Assembly (NCBI GenBank): GCA_003344405.1
Contig: NOWV01000230.1
Location: forward strand, 1 to 64,000
Origin: Trichoplax sp. H2
Lineage: Eukaryota
Direction: 5' to 3'
Length of the DNA: 64,000 bases
Below are positions 19,701 to 32,929 of this stretch, one piece after another. The stretch's first letter is position 1. Each line of letters starts with the position of its first letter. The translations under genes and the position numbers were made by a program. Below the pieces are notes generated by a model, which saw nothing but the letters and a program-made list of their open reading frames with translations, was not told where the DNA came from and searched no databases.

Positions 19701-22700
19701 TTTGAATAAAATGGGCACCATTCAAGGGCTACTCGAGGATACTTTTATTTTATTAAGTATGGGGATGATGAGGCATAAAATAGAAATTTTATATTGAAAT
19801 AGGTCCCTTGTAAATAATATGGATATCAATTCAGCGACAAGGGTTGATTATACCTTCACTTACCGATTTTGAATTAATAATAATTACAAATTGGACAGAG
19901 TAAAACGGAAGTCCAGTATAAAATAATCGGTTTGAGAACAATCTCGGCTAAATAATCGGTTCTATTCTTAATCGCCTGTGTAGACGATATGATTTATTCT
20001 ACTGTCTCGACGTGGTTAGAAACAACAAATAGTCCAAAATAGTTATAAATTCATTCTGATTGAAACATGATCTGGTGGTTGCTAAGTTATCCTTAAAATA
20101 TTCATTAGTACTAAAACTAAATTTCGATTAAGGAATATGCTATTATGAAATAATGATTTATAGCACAGATTTCACAAAGTCATAAGGGTTATTAGGCAAT
20201 GCAGTCAGTTTAACTAACAGAAATTTAACGACTACTAAATTTATAATTTGTATCTCGTATGATACATAAATTAACACTGTATTAGCGATAAGAGGAAGGT
20301 AAAGAGATATTTGTCAGTGTTTTAGTGGATCATGATAAAAAATTTTTTAACCTTGTTGATCCTTTAGACTAAACATATTCACCGATCTAGTATAAAATCA
20401 TTCAATAATATTAATAATATTTCAATCCGGAAACAGTTATGTTTTCAAGATGAATTATAGGATTCATATCCGATTGATTCTACGGCTAAGTTAATCGGAA
20501 ATGATCACGTTTAATAGATTGTTTATATCGTAAGATGGAAAATTCGTTGTTGATATTACTTCAACAGTAAATTAGTTTCATTCCACACATATAAAACGTA
20601 ACTAGGGTAAATAATTAAATAATTTTTCATGTTTGCTTTAACTTCTAGTAACGCATTATTTAATTATTGTCATATCTCTACTCAGAATCATTATAGTCAT
20701 TTATAGGCAGTGCTAAGATCTCGATGTTTAAAACTGCAACGGCTTATTAATTTCAACGGGGTTTCGAAGCTTGTAAATAGTCATTTTAATAATTAAAATG
20801 ATTTGGAATGTGAATTTGTACTCTAAGATGATAAATTGATCGACGTACTTGTCCGTTCAATAGATAATAGTGTTATAGCCGGACTATTGAAAACTTATTT
20901 AAATACGTACCAGGTCGTAAGGTGACATCGATGAATTATTTAATTAAGTTGTGTAGCAAATAGAAGAGTGACTATTATTCATGAATTTAGTGATGAAAAT
21001 ATCATACATTCGTATTGCCTTATATGAATAGCCATAATGGAAAGGCTTTGTCAAATTTCTATCAATGATTTGATCTTTCCTGTTCATCATAGTCTTATCA
21101 AAAATTTTTTTAGAAGTAATCGAAATTTCAATCGACCATTTCATTCTATTTATTTTTAGGCTTTTTCAAATTTTGACCCATATAGCATATATTAGTCATT
21201 TCCTGATGTTTATAAATTGTGCTGTCATAGTATTGTGCTAGACATAGTGCAAATGTTTCATCAAATAGACTGCAATTTTACATTGATTATTAGTTTATCT
21301 AGCATTATTAGGCCGGAAAGGGTGATGTAGTTTCGCATTTTTGTTTTGCCCAAAGGTATTGTTTATATTATTATCTAGATATAATGAATGCAGATAATTA
21401 ATTAGAATTTAATGTTCTAAAACGATAGTTTTTTGCTCTCTATAGTTTAAAAATTTGATAATATGTATGCCCGTAGGTTATGTTGTCAATAATTCAATGA
21501 GGTTATAGCACGATTTACTTTAGAAATGATTGTTTTACCCTTTCAAAGAAAGACTTGAAGATATTCGTTCGGAGAAAATTGTTACTAAATTAAAGTTATT
21601 GATTATGTAAGAATTATATCTATGCACACTTAATTAATCATGCTAATCATACTAACTGATGTCTTATCGTTGGGTAAAAGTCAATGAAAATACTTTTACT
21701 ATCAATAGCAATAATCAATATATATATTATGATTACATGACTTGCTTTAAATGATGTTGATTTATATCGTATGGATGCATTTTCAAAATAATGTACGTAC
21801 TGCTAATTATAATAGTTCTTGATTGCAATTAAGTAGGAAATATATATGTTAAAGGATAATTGAACTTGTTCTGCACACTGTGTAAAGCAACAAAATTTCT
21901 ATAATATAAATATAATTTCTTAATCAGCTGTAATAATCTATCTTACGATATCATTTTGATTGGAAAGAAGAGATACGATAAAAAGTGTTCTTATTATCGA
22001 CAGATGATCGAAATTTAATTTTTGTAACATGGTTCATCCAGACTTTTGCTTTATGATGAAACAAATGATTCGAATATTTTGGTCTAAGTTAAGCGGTGTA
22101 AATTATAGAAGAACATATGTCTGAATAAGTTATTAACCATAATAATCTATTCTTCTTATATTGTCATTGGATAGGAAATACATGATGAAGGTATTCCTGT
22201 TACAAACTGAAGCGGCCAAGATTTGATTTTATAGAACTCTTTCGATATTCTTGATTTATCCCCTTAAAGAATGAACTTCAAATTAATGTGTGTGATGCGA
22301 GATAGTTATTTATTTCATAACGTAATTATTATATACGCAAAATTAATTAACCACGGTAATAGTAATTCTTATTACTATTTCCAAGAATAAAAGAAGATTG
22401 ATTATATTTTCACTATCAACAGAAATGATCAGGGGTAAACATGACATCGTGAATTTTTTATATTATTGTTATATAATTAAAGATAATTTATGTTAATTTA
22501 TATGACGCTAATTAAAGTCATTGATGATGTAAAAATAATATAGCTAGATGGTTAATGAACCTAAATAGTACTTATTCTACTACATTACATCCATGATTCA
22601 GAAGGACTGAAGTATTTACTAAAAGGCAAAAATGTTATGACCATAAATTTATTATTTGGGAAATTTTTGAATACTTTATAAAGTTTAAATGTCATTAATT

Positions 22701-23835
22701 ACATAGAAGCTAGTTATGGCAGAAATTTTTACTAGACTTAATAGTCTTATATTACACAAAATCTTATTTCTATGGCTGATTTTAAGAAACAGATTGTCTA
22801 AGGGCAATATCTGTATACTTTATCTTTAATTATACCAGTATTTAATTCTATCCTATGGTGTTATCAGTTTGTCAAAGGATAACAGTAATAAATATATCGC
22901 TCCAAATTGAAGCTCTTTTAACGGTAACATGGCTATAATCTAGTTGTAATAGAAACTCATTTTATTTAGATTAATTACTTTGACGGTTGAAATTCTCTTC
23001 TTAACATATTTATTAGTGTTTGAAGGCTATCATGATTACTATGATCTCTTTGAATAAAGTGAATAAAGGCATTCATTATATTAAAATTTATGTCCTTTTT
23101 CTCACCTCCTTGGCATTATTGATGACGTCGTACAGTATTTTACAGCAGAATAGCAAATCAAAGAACCTCTATAATAATCAGTTTCAAACAAATTTATGCT
23201 GCTACGGTTAGCTATTTTGATAGCGATTTTAAATAGTGTACTCTTGACTTTATTACTGAAAAGAAGTAATAACTTTATCTTTTTGTTCCTGCGTTGATAT
23301 TATACTAACTGAGAATAAAAGAGGTCTAAGATGATATTTATAACCATGTTAATGTCATGATAATAGGTAAAAGCTTGGAAAGATTAGATTTATATGTAAA
23401 TAAATACGTCAGTGTTCAAAATAACAGTCATCGCTATTCTATTGATTAGCTTCGGATAAAGCTCTTACAGTCTCACAATAATTAAAATTATAGAATTATT
23501 GAATTAATTTGATTATAATTACTTTACTTTTACCTCAATCAATTACTTGCGATTACAGAAACCTTTATTACTTTGATTCGAATAAGCAAAATAAGCATCT
23601 ACTTCTTTAGGGCCCGATGAATTTTATAAGCTTTCTGACTATGTGTTTTGTGTGAAGTTTGAAAATACATAATCAGGTCGAAAGATAATGTATTAGCTTA
23701 AGAAAATTGAACTATATTTGAATCCTATTTATTATGTTTAAGTAACTTGCATCATATAGAAAGAATAGTACGCAGTATGGTAATGAAGATATGGGAGTAC
23801 AAGATTAGACATTTACTTTCGTAGCTAAGTAGGCC

Positions 23836-23917
23836 GAAGACGATTTGGCTACTTTAATAGAAATGAAAATTAAAGGGATAAATTGTTCATTTCTATTAAA
23901 GTAGCCTAATCGTCTTC
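23836..23917. repeat. Inverted repeat / hairpin: 32-bp stem (1 mismatch), 18-nt loop
   Basis: GAAGACGATTTGGCTACTTTAATAGAAATGAA (23836-23867) pairs with TTCATTTCTATTAAAGTAGCCTAATCGTCTTC (23886-23917). Confidence 0.92.
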
Positions 23918-26900
23918 ATTAATCTGTTGCAGGCTTTGCATAAGTAAGAGCTAGATTATCTATTACTCTAATCAATTAATTCAGCTAAAGCTAATTAGAT
24001 AACTTTTTTTGAAAATAAATAATCTTATTTTTTAACATTTTAAGCTTACGTAGCTTCTGACAGAGTTGCATTAATTTGCAAGTACGGTACATTCATTATT
24101 TAATTTATACAGGAATGTCGCGGAGTAACTTTAAGCTTAATAGCCGTAAAATAGTTTTCGTAAGATTACTTATGTTGAAACCTTTTGATATTAATTTATC
24201 TATGAAGTCTTACAGGTTTTGATAGCTAAGTGTATCGTTTAATAATAATATCTAATTATTGATAATATCACTATAGCTCAAGCTTATGTAGATGAACTAT
24301 CAATTGGCAGACATTTTAGTAATTTTTAGCTTTAGTTCATCAAAAAAGAGACTAGAAGCATTACTATTCCTTTGCTGATAGAAGATCGTCAATATTTAGA
24401 GTCGTACTATAGAGAGGTTTCAGGGAGACAAACTAGACAGCGACCGGTAGTGTTTAATTTTTGTAGTAGTTTTAATTTTTCCTTGTTACAAAATTTAGAG
24501 TTGTAATAAGAATATAAATGTTACTTGATGAATTATCTTAACTGAAAGGTAATTAAGCTGGATGTTTAATGGAACCAACTGAGCTTATTGATGATTACTC
24601 GTACCAGAAATCTGATTATTTTGGTATGCTATTTAACGGGATAAATAAGCTACGTGTAATTTAATGAACTAATTAAATTCAAGCTAATTAGGTTACTTTA
24701 TATGTGGTAGACGATTTGTTTATCAAAACACTATATTAAGTTCACAGAGACACAGTGTTTACTGCCGACAGAGTCTCATTAATTATGCTAAATTCAGAAT
24801 TCATTTTTTTATCGTATTTGAATAAAATGAATCGATTAAATGAAAGATGAATTAGTGAGTTGTATGTGAATGAGTAATTTATTTTGAATCTTAAGTTAAA
24901 GTGTATACAGAAGAACGATGTGTTATTAAACTGACTAGGCTTGATAGTAATTCTTTATATTAGTACTGCAGGTTTCGGTTAGTAAACATTGGTCTAGAGT
25001 TTGGTGATTTTAAATGCTACTGAGTTGTATAAAATGCCTTTTAATAGATCTTTATTTAAATTTTTAGACTTGTTTTTTATAAGTATATGCAGTTCTCATT
25101 TCAATAATAAATCGAAATAAATGTGATGTTAAACGGGTAGTGGCGTGTATAATACTAAAAATTAATTACAATAGGACCAATTGTACCTAAAGTAAATCAA
25201 TTCGGTCAAAAAGCTTTAACTATCAGCTTCAATAGTGAAATTTATATAATATTTTAATTAATTTAGGGATTATGTTCCTCTGCCTATATTGCTTAGAATA
25301 CTTCTTGTATCGTTATTAACTATTAATTAATTACAAAATGAGGGCTTTATTGAAATGGGAATAAAGCAATACGGAACTTTATTGAATTAAAGCAAGTTCG
25401 TCTAGCATAAATGAAATAGGATTGAAGATAATGCTAAAATATTCTATTTAGTGCGTATCGTAAATAAAGATTCTCTATTGTTTCTATATACCATAGCATT
25501 CCTAATTCCAGATCCTATTCGATTTGAATGGGTGTAGTAATTTCAGCTTATTACAGTAGTAATTGAATTATGGTAGCATTAACAAGTAGAATAGTCTATT
25601 ATACTTATAACATATTTCATGATTGCTGATCTTATGTCATGTTAGAGATTTGCTCAATTTTAATAACTCGGATTTTGAGTTAGACGATTGCCAAGCTCTA
25701 CAACGGGAGAATGCCTTGAAAGAAAATTCTCCGATAGTTTTGAAATTTATTTATCGGTCTTAGATAAATATATGGTTACAGTATATCCGAACTTTCAATT
25801 GTAAATCAGTTATTCCTTGAGCGGTATGGAGACTTGAAGTCTTCTGAATCAAGCGAAATCTTCAAGCTTTAGCAAAACTTTTTAGCGAAGTACACCAGCT
25901 TAGTTCTTGTATGCTTTTCTTGGCTTGAGTAAGATATATCTAGGTCTAACTCGTACGTATGTGTATATTATCATAATTTTTTCGTAGAATAAGCCCTACA
26001 AGTTGAATTCTTATTTGAATAAAATGTTGTATATTTAAGAAATCGAGACAGTGGCAAGTCCAAACAATCTGCCATATAAATTAATTATTTTGATTTAAAT
26101 TTGCAAAGGTTTAAACCATGCAGCCGAAACCTTGAGGGATCTAATTATTCGTTTATTAGAATTTCAAATTTTTTATCTACTTAGATGATTTTTCTAGTAT
26201 GATTCTCATTTTACATGGTTATTACTTCTATTTTGACTAGAAAAGCAATAACGGCCTTTTACGTAAAGAAATTAAATAATATTTCGCGGGTTTACTAAGT
26301 TTTTTCGTTTCAATTTTGAAAACCAAAACATTTGCTGATATGTAATGATAAGCAACTGACGGACCTAGCTATGATTTATTCGCAGTGAATTCCGCTACAC
26401 TAAACGTTCGCGACATCTTTATTACATTTACAGAAATTCAACTCGTGTAACTGTTCTGTCAAAATTCTTTAAATTTAATATTCGAGTCTTTTCTTCGAAG
26501 AAATAGCTGTACGGCAAGTTTTCTACATGTTATGTCGCTCTAGCCATCTAATTTATAGGATACATTAGCTTGATCTAGTATTGAGTACTCAAGTTAGGAA
26601 AGTTACAGTTTATTTACATGACGTTAAGCTATCCAATAATTCTCTCTAATTTAGATAATTAATTATCGGTAGAGAATATGCTCAATTTAGCTTAAAGTTA
26701 TAGATTACAGTAAATTTTATCTATCTGGAATATAACCTGACAAGTGCTAAAAATCAACAAATACAGATATTAATTGAAGAAAATAATCCCAATTCGCCAG
26801 TGAGTGATAAAGTGCTGCATATCTGTCCTTTCAAAAAAATTAGAATTAATTTTTCAAGATCAATAAATTTCATCAAAGCTATTCAGAACCAGTATTAGTA

Positions 26901-27344
26901 CAATACTATGAAAATAGCGTCACTTTTAAGCTATACAAGTTCCAGGTAATTTCATAAACCTACTCTTGCTGCTAATACATGAACGCAGCAGCTATCATTA
27001 TCAATAATGAACATTATACCGCCGATTCTTGAATAGCAGCTATGAAATAGCCTATATTGCATTAATATGCCGATAAACTCGAGTTTATACGTGGTGCAAA
27101 TGCAAATTCAAGGTTTTATAATAAAGCTGCACCCGAATTTGAAAGAGGTAAGTTTTATCATCGCTTGACATGCATAAAGTATCATTGCAAACAGATCTAA
27201 TTTTACGATTATAGTACTTACAAAAATCTGATAAGAAGACTAGGTAATTACTCAAGATTTTAGTTAACATCGTTATATTGTTATATTTACCTTACTTTAT
27301 CAGGTGACGAATGTACTACTTTATGCAATGTAAAATATTATCAA

Positions 27345-28922
27345 TCACAGGTTACACTTTGTAAGCATTTCCTTGATATCGGATAAAATAGAGGTTGCGG
27401 AAATTGGCTTTAAGGCCTCCAAGCTAACATTATTTTCTTGAATTTGTTCTTGCATTTTACGTAATCCAGGGAGCAAATATGCTTGTTCAGGATCCGTGAG
27501 ATTTAGATGATCAATAACTATTTTAATTGACTGTAAAAGAACTGTAGGATGGTTAGTTATTGCACTAGAAGAGAATATTGATTGTTCTACACTATCTTCA
27601 TTAATCTTGCTGTGACTTATAAATTCCCCCTTTATCCCATCATAATGCATTCCTTGATTTTCAGCAGGATGGGTAATATGACTAGACATATCTAATGTTT
27701 CTCGAAAACTTACATTTGGTAATAAAAAATTAAAGTCATTATCTTTGATCTCTGGTAGTTTCTGGACAGAACTGAAGTATCCTACAGAAAGTATATTAGA
27801 ATTACGAAAACTCTCAGCAATTACTTCAGGATTAACCTCATCCCATGCATCCTTAATCCATTTCATGGCCGATAATTGATCGACTTTATAGATATCTACG
27901 TCGCCATCTTTATCTCTTTCTAGAGCATTTGTTACCTGTAAGCAGCGGTAATGCTTTCTAAAATTAGTCATAATACCACACTCCATTGGCTGATATTTTG
28001 CTGGTGCATTAGAAGAAAGGATCAAAATCTTGACATGGCTTAATAGCGTTTCATCATATTTATGTGATGGAGAGTTATCTACTATCAGTAATGCATGTCT
28101 ATTTTGACGTTTAAAATGATCATTTATTTCCATTAGCCATTCAGTAAATATCGATGTAGTCATCCATGCTTTAGCATTAGATCTATACTTGAAGCCGAAC
28201 TGCTCAGCTGATTTCTTTCGGAAGCAACGAGGCTTCTGGGAACATCCAATAACAAGAGGAAGTAATTTATCGGTACCGTCAGCATTTACGGTTAGAGCGA
28301 TGGTTAATTTTGTCTTTCCTTTACGTTCTTTATCATCAAGCTTAAGAAAATGTGCCTGATCAGGAGTTATTTGATAAAATAAACCTGTTTCATCCATATT
28401 GTAGATATCTTGTAGTTCATAACGGCTAATAATCTGCGCAAATTCTGGATTATCTTCTACTGGTGATAGAATTGGAAATGCAGATCCATTATTTAATTTT
28501 CGTAATTTGATTCCATGTCTTTTTTTGAAGCAGTACAACCATCCATTGGAAAAGGCTAAATTGGTAATATTAAGGGAATCTGCTAGTAGTCTACCTTTAT
28601 TTTTAATTAAGTCATCAGTGAGTAAGATCCCACGACTTGCGCATTGCTTCACCCAATTTGCCAACTGCTGATCAAGTTGATCACTTTTGCCTCCCGCTCG
28701 AGTTTTCCGCCTGTTGCCAATCATACCCTCATGGTCATTAAGGTAAATATCTTTCTTCTTTAACATTCGTGAGATTGTTCCTTGACATGGCCTATAAGGT
28801 AGGGAGAACCTTCTTCTTGCCCATTCTCCAATTTCTTTTTGTTGTAATGTGGGATTTTGCACCGAATATTGACAAATGAGCCTTTTCTGCTTATAACTCA
28901 AGTTGGATTTCAGGCGAGACAT
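27345..28922 (-). CDS. pogo/Tigger (CENP-B/TIGD-like) transposase-derived protein, 525 aa, intronless
   Basis: N-terminal HTH (LSYKQKRLIC...QGTISRMLKKK), Tc5/CENP-B HTH (LANWV...FSNGWLYCFKKRHGI), DDE_1 domain (IYNMDETGLFY, NADGTDKL, NAKAWMT, LLIVDNSPSH, QPMECG, AMKWIKDAWD). Confidence 0.93.
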   Translation of the reverse strand: MSRLKSNLSYKQKRLICQYSVQNPTLQQKEIGEWARRRFSLPYRPCQGTISRMLKKKDIYLNDHEGMIGNRRKTRAGGKSDQLDQQLANWVKQCASRGILLTDDLIKNKGRLLADSLNITNLAFSNGWLYCFKKRHGIKLRKLNNGSAFPILSPVEDNPEFAQIISRYELQDIYNMDETGLFYQITPDQAHFLKLDDKERKGKTKLTIALTVNADGTDKLLPLVIGCSQKPRCFRKKSAEQFGFKYRSNAKAWMTTSIFTEWLMEINDHFKRQNRHALLIVDNSPSHKYDETLLSHVKILILSSNAPAKYQPMECGIMTNFRKHYRCLQVTNALERDKDGDVDIYKVDQLSAMKWIKDAWDEVNPEVIAESFRNSNILSVGYFSSVQKLPEIKDNDFNFLLPNVSFRETLDMSSHITHPAENQGMHYDGIKGEFISHSKINEDSVEQSIFSSSAITNHPTVLLQSIKIVIDHLNLTDPEQAYLLPGLRKMQEQIQENNVSLEALKPISATSILSDIKEMLTKCNL

Positions 28923-31553
28923 TTTAAGTATGATATGAATAGAAAAGAGTTTTAACTTGGAATATGTTTGATTCGAAATATTTTTTTCAGTATGTTATCA
29001 GTGCATCAAGGAAAGTAATCGATATAGTTTCATACTTTGCATTTTATACTATAGGATTGTTTAATAATTATTGATAATCTGTCTTGTATTTTACGGTGCA
29101 ACATACTGTAATAATTTTAACCTTACTCTGTTGCAATGATTGACTTTCGTAATTCTTTAGCCGATGAGAAGGTTTATGCGCAATAATCAAGTAGGTGCAT
29201 ATTTATTAAATAATTAAATTAATTAATCATGTCATACAGGTCAGTTTTAGTACATTTTCCATAAATATCGTAATTAATTAGTTTAAAAGGTTGCATAGGT
29301 GCAGTACAGAGTATTGCATGTTAGAAAGATACCATCTAATTACTTTATAATAGTATTGCAGCTAATTTCTAGAATTCCTTTCTGTTTTAATTGGTGCTTT
29401 AAAAACCTTATTATTGCAAGTGGAGGCTAACAAATAGTGAATATGTTACCCAAATATGTAACAAAATATCGTCACACTGGATTAGAAATCAATCAATCAC
29501 ATAGTTGAGGTTATAATTTAAGAATTTGGTATTACTCATAAATTAGAAGGCACAATAGCTCAAGCAGGAAATATGGCGATTATGGCTGGTCACTCATACC
29601 AACACATTTCTACTACAAAGATAACCGGAGATATTTCTCGGTCTTCTTCTATCCCGAATTACCTGTCAAGATTAGCTCTCTGTGGTAACTTTGAATTTTT
29701 TCTTTAACTTTTACGATAACAGCGATATAGACCTTCTTCTTACGCATAAATGATAAATTAACAAACTCTCTTCTCAGCAAACAAAAGTAATTCGCTCTTG
29801 AGCTTTCTAACTATATTTTTAAGCAGTTACAGAGTTTATATACATGGGAATTAATACTAATAAATGGCATGAATATCATTTATGCCGAGTCCTAAGTCTG
29901 TATGATTTTAAGCTGTACCTTAAATTGATAGAGATGTATTTAATATGAGGCCACCATGATCAGAACTAGATCTAACGTTTGAGCTCTGTTATAAATTATG
30001 TATGTAGATACCAGTACATGAGCTCTAAACCCTAATAATATAATCGACACTTACTTTATTAAGACATACAGTACAGTTCTACACTGTACTATTACTGAAT
30101 TTCCGAACACATAACTATTGTAATTAGACCGAAATCATTACACTAATTCACTTGCTCTTACGAGAAAATGAAATATATATGTTTTGTTATAATCTGTAAC
30201 CTAATAGCAAGCTATAAACCATGAACTTCTACTTAATGCTAGTCTTTAACGCCGTGACATGCCTGAAAATATTGTTGACCTTAACTAGGGAACTAATCAA
30301 ATTTATATAATACAAAATAGCGTTGTAAATCTACTTGATTTTAAGTTTGACCATTTATTATGAAGAAAGTAGTACTATGATACCTTGATTGTCTAACTAA
30401 ATGAGACAATTAGGAACTTGTTTCTATCATGGATGATTATTTACCTCTATTAGAGGTTCAGCCGAGAGTTTATAATACATTACTATAGAGCCTTACATTC
30501 CAGCTCTGACGTAAATTTACGTTGTCAATCAAAGCAGTTATTGTGTTAGATTTTAGTTACGTATATATGAGGAATAAATGAAGATAGAGCTTAGAATGGA
30601 GGTGAGCAAATAATATAAAAATTATATTTCATAAGAGATTCTCAAAGAAGCAATAAAAATGCTCTTTATCCTTGCATAAATTAGAGAAGGCACATTCTAG
30701 AGTAATGCACTAGAATAATTAAAAAATGACACGGTCATAGCATGTAATATTAAATAGCCTTAAAATTTGGAATTGTGTGCCATCATTATTGCTGCATAAG
30801 AACGACTGGTCAATTTGCTAACAAATTTTAAGCGTAATAGAAATTTAGAGAATTTGGTTGTTGGCTACTGATATTAACTACTTGGATCTTATATGTATAT
30901 TACTACGCTAGAATGGCTGAACTATTAAGTAGGTCCGGCTTGATTAGGAATTAGGAGTTTGTGACGTAACTTATTATTGAGATTGTAGACTATTAGCCAT
31001 ATTCCGTATGATCATGATAGCGTGAATTTCTATATTTATCTTCGGGTATACTTTAGTAGCTTATGAATGTAGACTGTAGTGGAAGATCCTATGCTAGAGT
31101 ACTACTGAGTATGTACAGTTGCGTGTCGAGGTACTATTAAGGTTAAGGTTAGAGGTAAACATAGAACTGTAATTCAAGTACTCTAAATAGCAGAAATAAT
31201 GTCTACACAAATACTGTACCTGTATCCGTATTGGATTAATGATGGTGCACCGTAAAATGTTGTTATTAATTAATAATAATTTAAATTTGTATAAAATACA
31301 GTAGAATGTTGTTATGCCGATTGTAGCTCCGAGTGCTATGCAAAATACATAAGCTGGCTGCTTCGATTATTCTAGTAGCTCGTTCTAGAAGTGTTTAGTA
31401 GTTGTACGCGGCTGGAGTAGAACTGTAGTTATATTATCTTTGTATAAAGATGTAATGAGATTCTAATTGTCTATAAATTTCGAATTGGTGTGATCGGCTA
31501 TATCAAGGAGCGTAACTAAAATTCTTCATCATCGTCTATTTAATCCATCGAAT

Positions 31554-32929
31554 TAGATTGACTAGCCATAGTCTATCTCTTACTTTATAAATGGAAAGAT
31601 TATACAATATTTTTAATCACGTTGTCATATAGTTGTCAATCATGTGTGTAATGATTCTGTTAATGGGATCCATTAATAAAAGAGAGAAAATAATATTGCA
31701 ATTGTTTTTTGATTATTGCCTAAATAACTTCTTTGCATATTTACAATCATTGCACTACACGTAATACACAGTACACGGTATAAAGTTACTGAACCTCTGA
31801 CAGGTCTACTGAGTACGACAAATGGTAATACTATCTGTTAATGAGTACATTATCGTAAACCGTCAGCAAAGCGACGGGAGTTTGCACTAGTAATTCTTAT
31901 ACGATTACTGTAGATATCCTTAATACCTTAATTATAATAATGTGCTATCATTATAATTATATTATATATTCATTTACACTGAAATGACGTACGCCTAAAA
32001 ATAGGTTCTGTCTATTATGATTACATTAATAAAGATGAATTTTAATTCTATACAATACTGTACTATACTTGGAGGCTATTGGCAATTTTGGCATAAGTAA
32101 ATAACAGTATTAGCAACAAAAACAACAACAAATAAACAAACATCAAGTCAAGCTATCAATCATTTCTGGCTACCCACAGTGATGATGAGTTGAAGGCCTG
32201 AAGCCTATCTGCTGGCACAGAGTGGTATCCGTAATATTAGAAGCCAGCATAAGGAAGGCTTCCNNNNNNNNNNNNNNNNNNNNTAGATTGACTAGCCATA
32301 GTCTATCTCTTACTTTATAAATGGAAAGATTATACAATATTTTTAATCACGTTGTCATATAGTTGTCAATCATGTGTGTAATGATTCTGTTAATGGGATC
32401 CATTAATAAAAGAGAGAAAATAATGTTGCAATTGTTTTTTGATTATTGCCTAAATAACTTCTTTGCATATTTACAATCATTGCACTACACGTAATAGGTT
32501 GTTTGCTTCGTAGAATTGTAAATAGAATTATTTACCGAGTTGCAAATTTCATACTTTTTTTGAAATAATTCTTATACGATTACTGTAGATATCCTTAATA
32601 CCTTAATTATAATAATGTGCTATCATTATAATTATATTATATATTCATTTACACTGAAATGACGTACGCCTAAAAATAGGTTCAGTCTATTATGATTACA
32701 TTAATAAAGATGAATTTTAATTCTATACAGTACTATACTTGGAGGCTATTGGCAATTTTGGCATAAGTAAATAACAGTATTAGCAACAAAAACAACAACA
32801 AATAAACAAACATCACGTCAAGCTATCAATCATTTCTGGCTACCCACAGTGATGAGTTGAAGGCCTGAAGCCTATCTGCTGGCACAGAGTGGTATCGTAA
32901 TATTAGAAGCCAGCATAAGGAAGGCTTCC
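31554..32929. repeat. ~650-700-bp direct duplication flanking a 20-N gap (probable uncollapsed haplotypes)
   Basis: 31554-32263 matches 32284-32929 apart from SNPs, small indels and one replaced block; both copies abut the gap at 32264-32283. Confidence 0.88.
31767..31890 (+). mobile_element. Helitron 3' terminal fragment
   Basis: GC-rich hairpin CCGTC(A)GC-AAA-GCGACGG (31860-31877), 9 nt, then CTAG (31887-31890) followed by T; absent from the other copy, which reads A^T at the junction (32565/32566). Confidence 0.65.

Noticed and set aside
26500..30100. TIRs around the Tigger-like ORF
   Set aside because: Several TACAG/CTGTA words occur but no extended matching inverted pair was found by eye.
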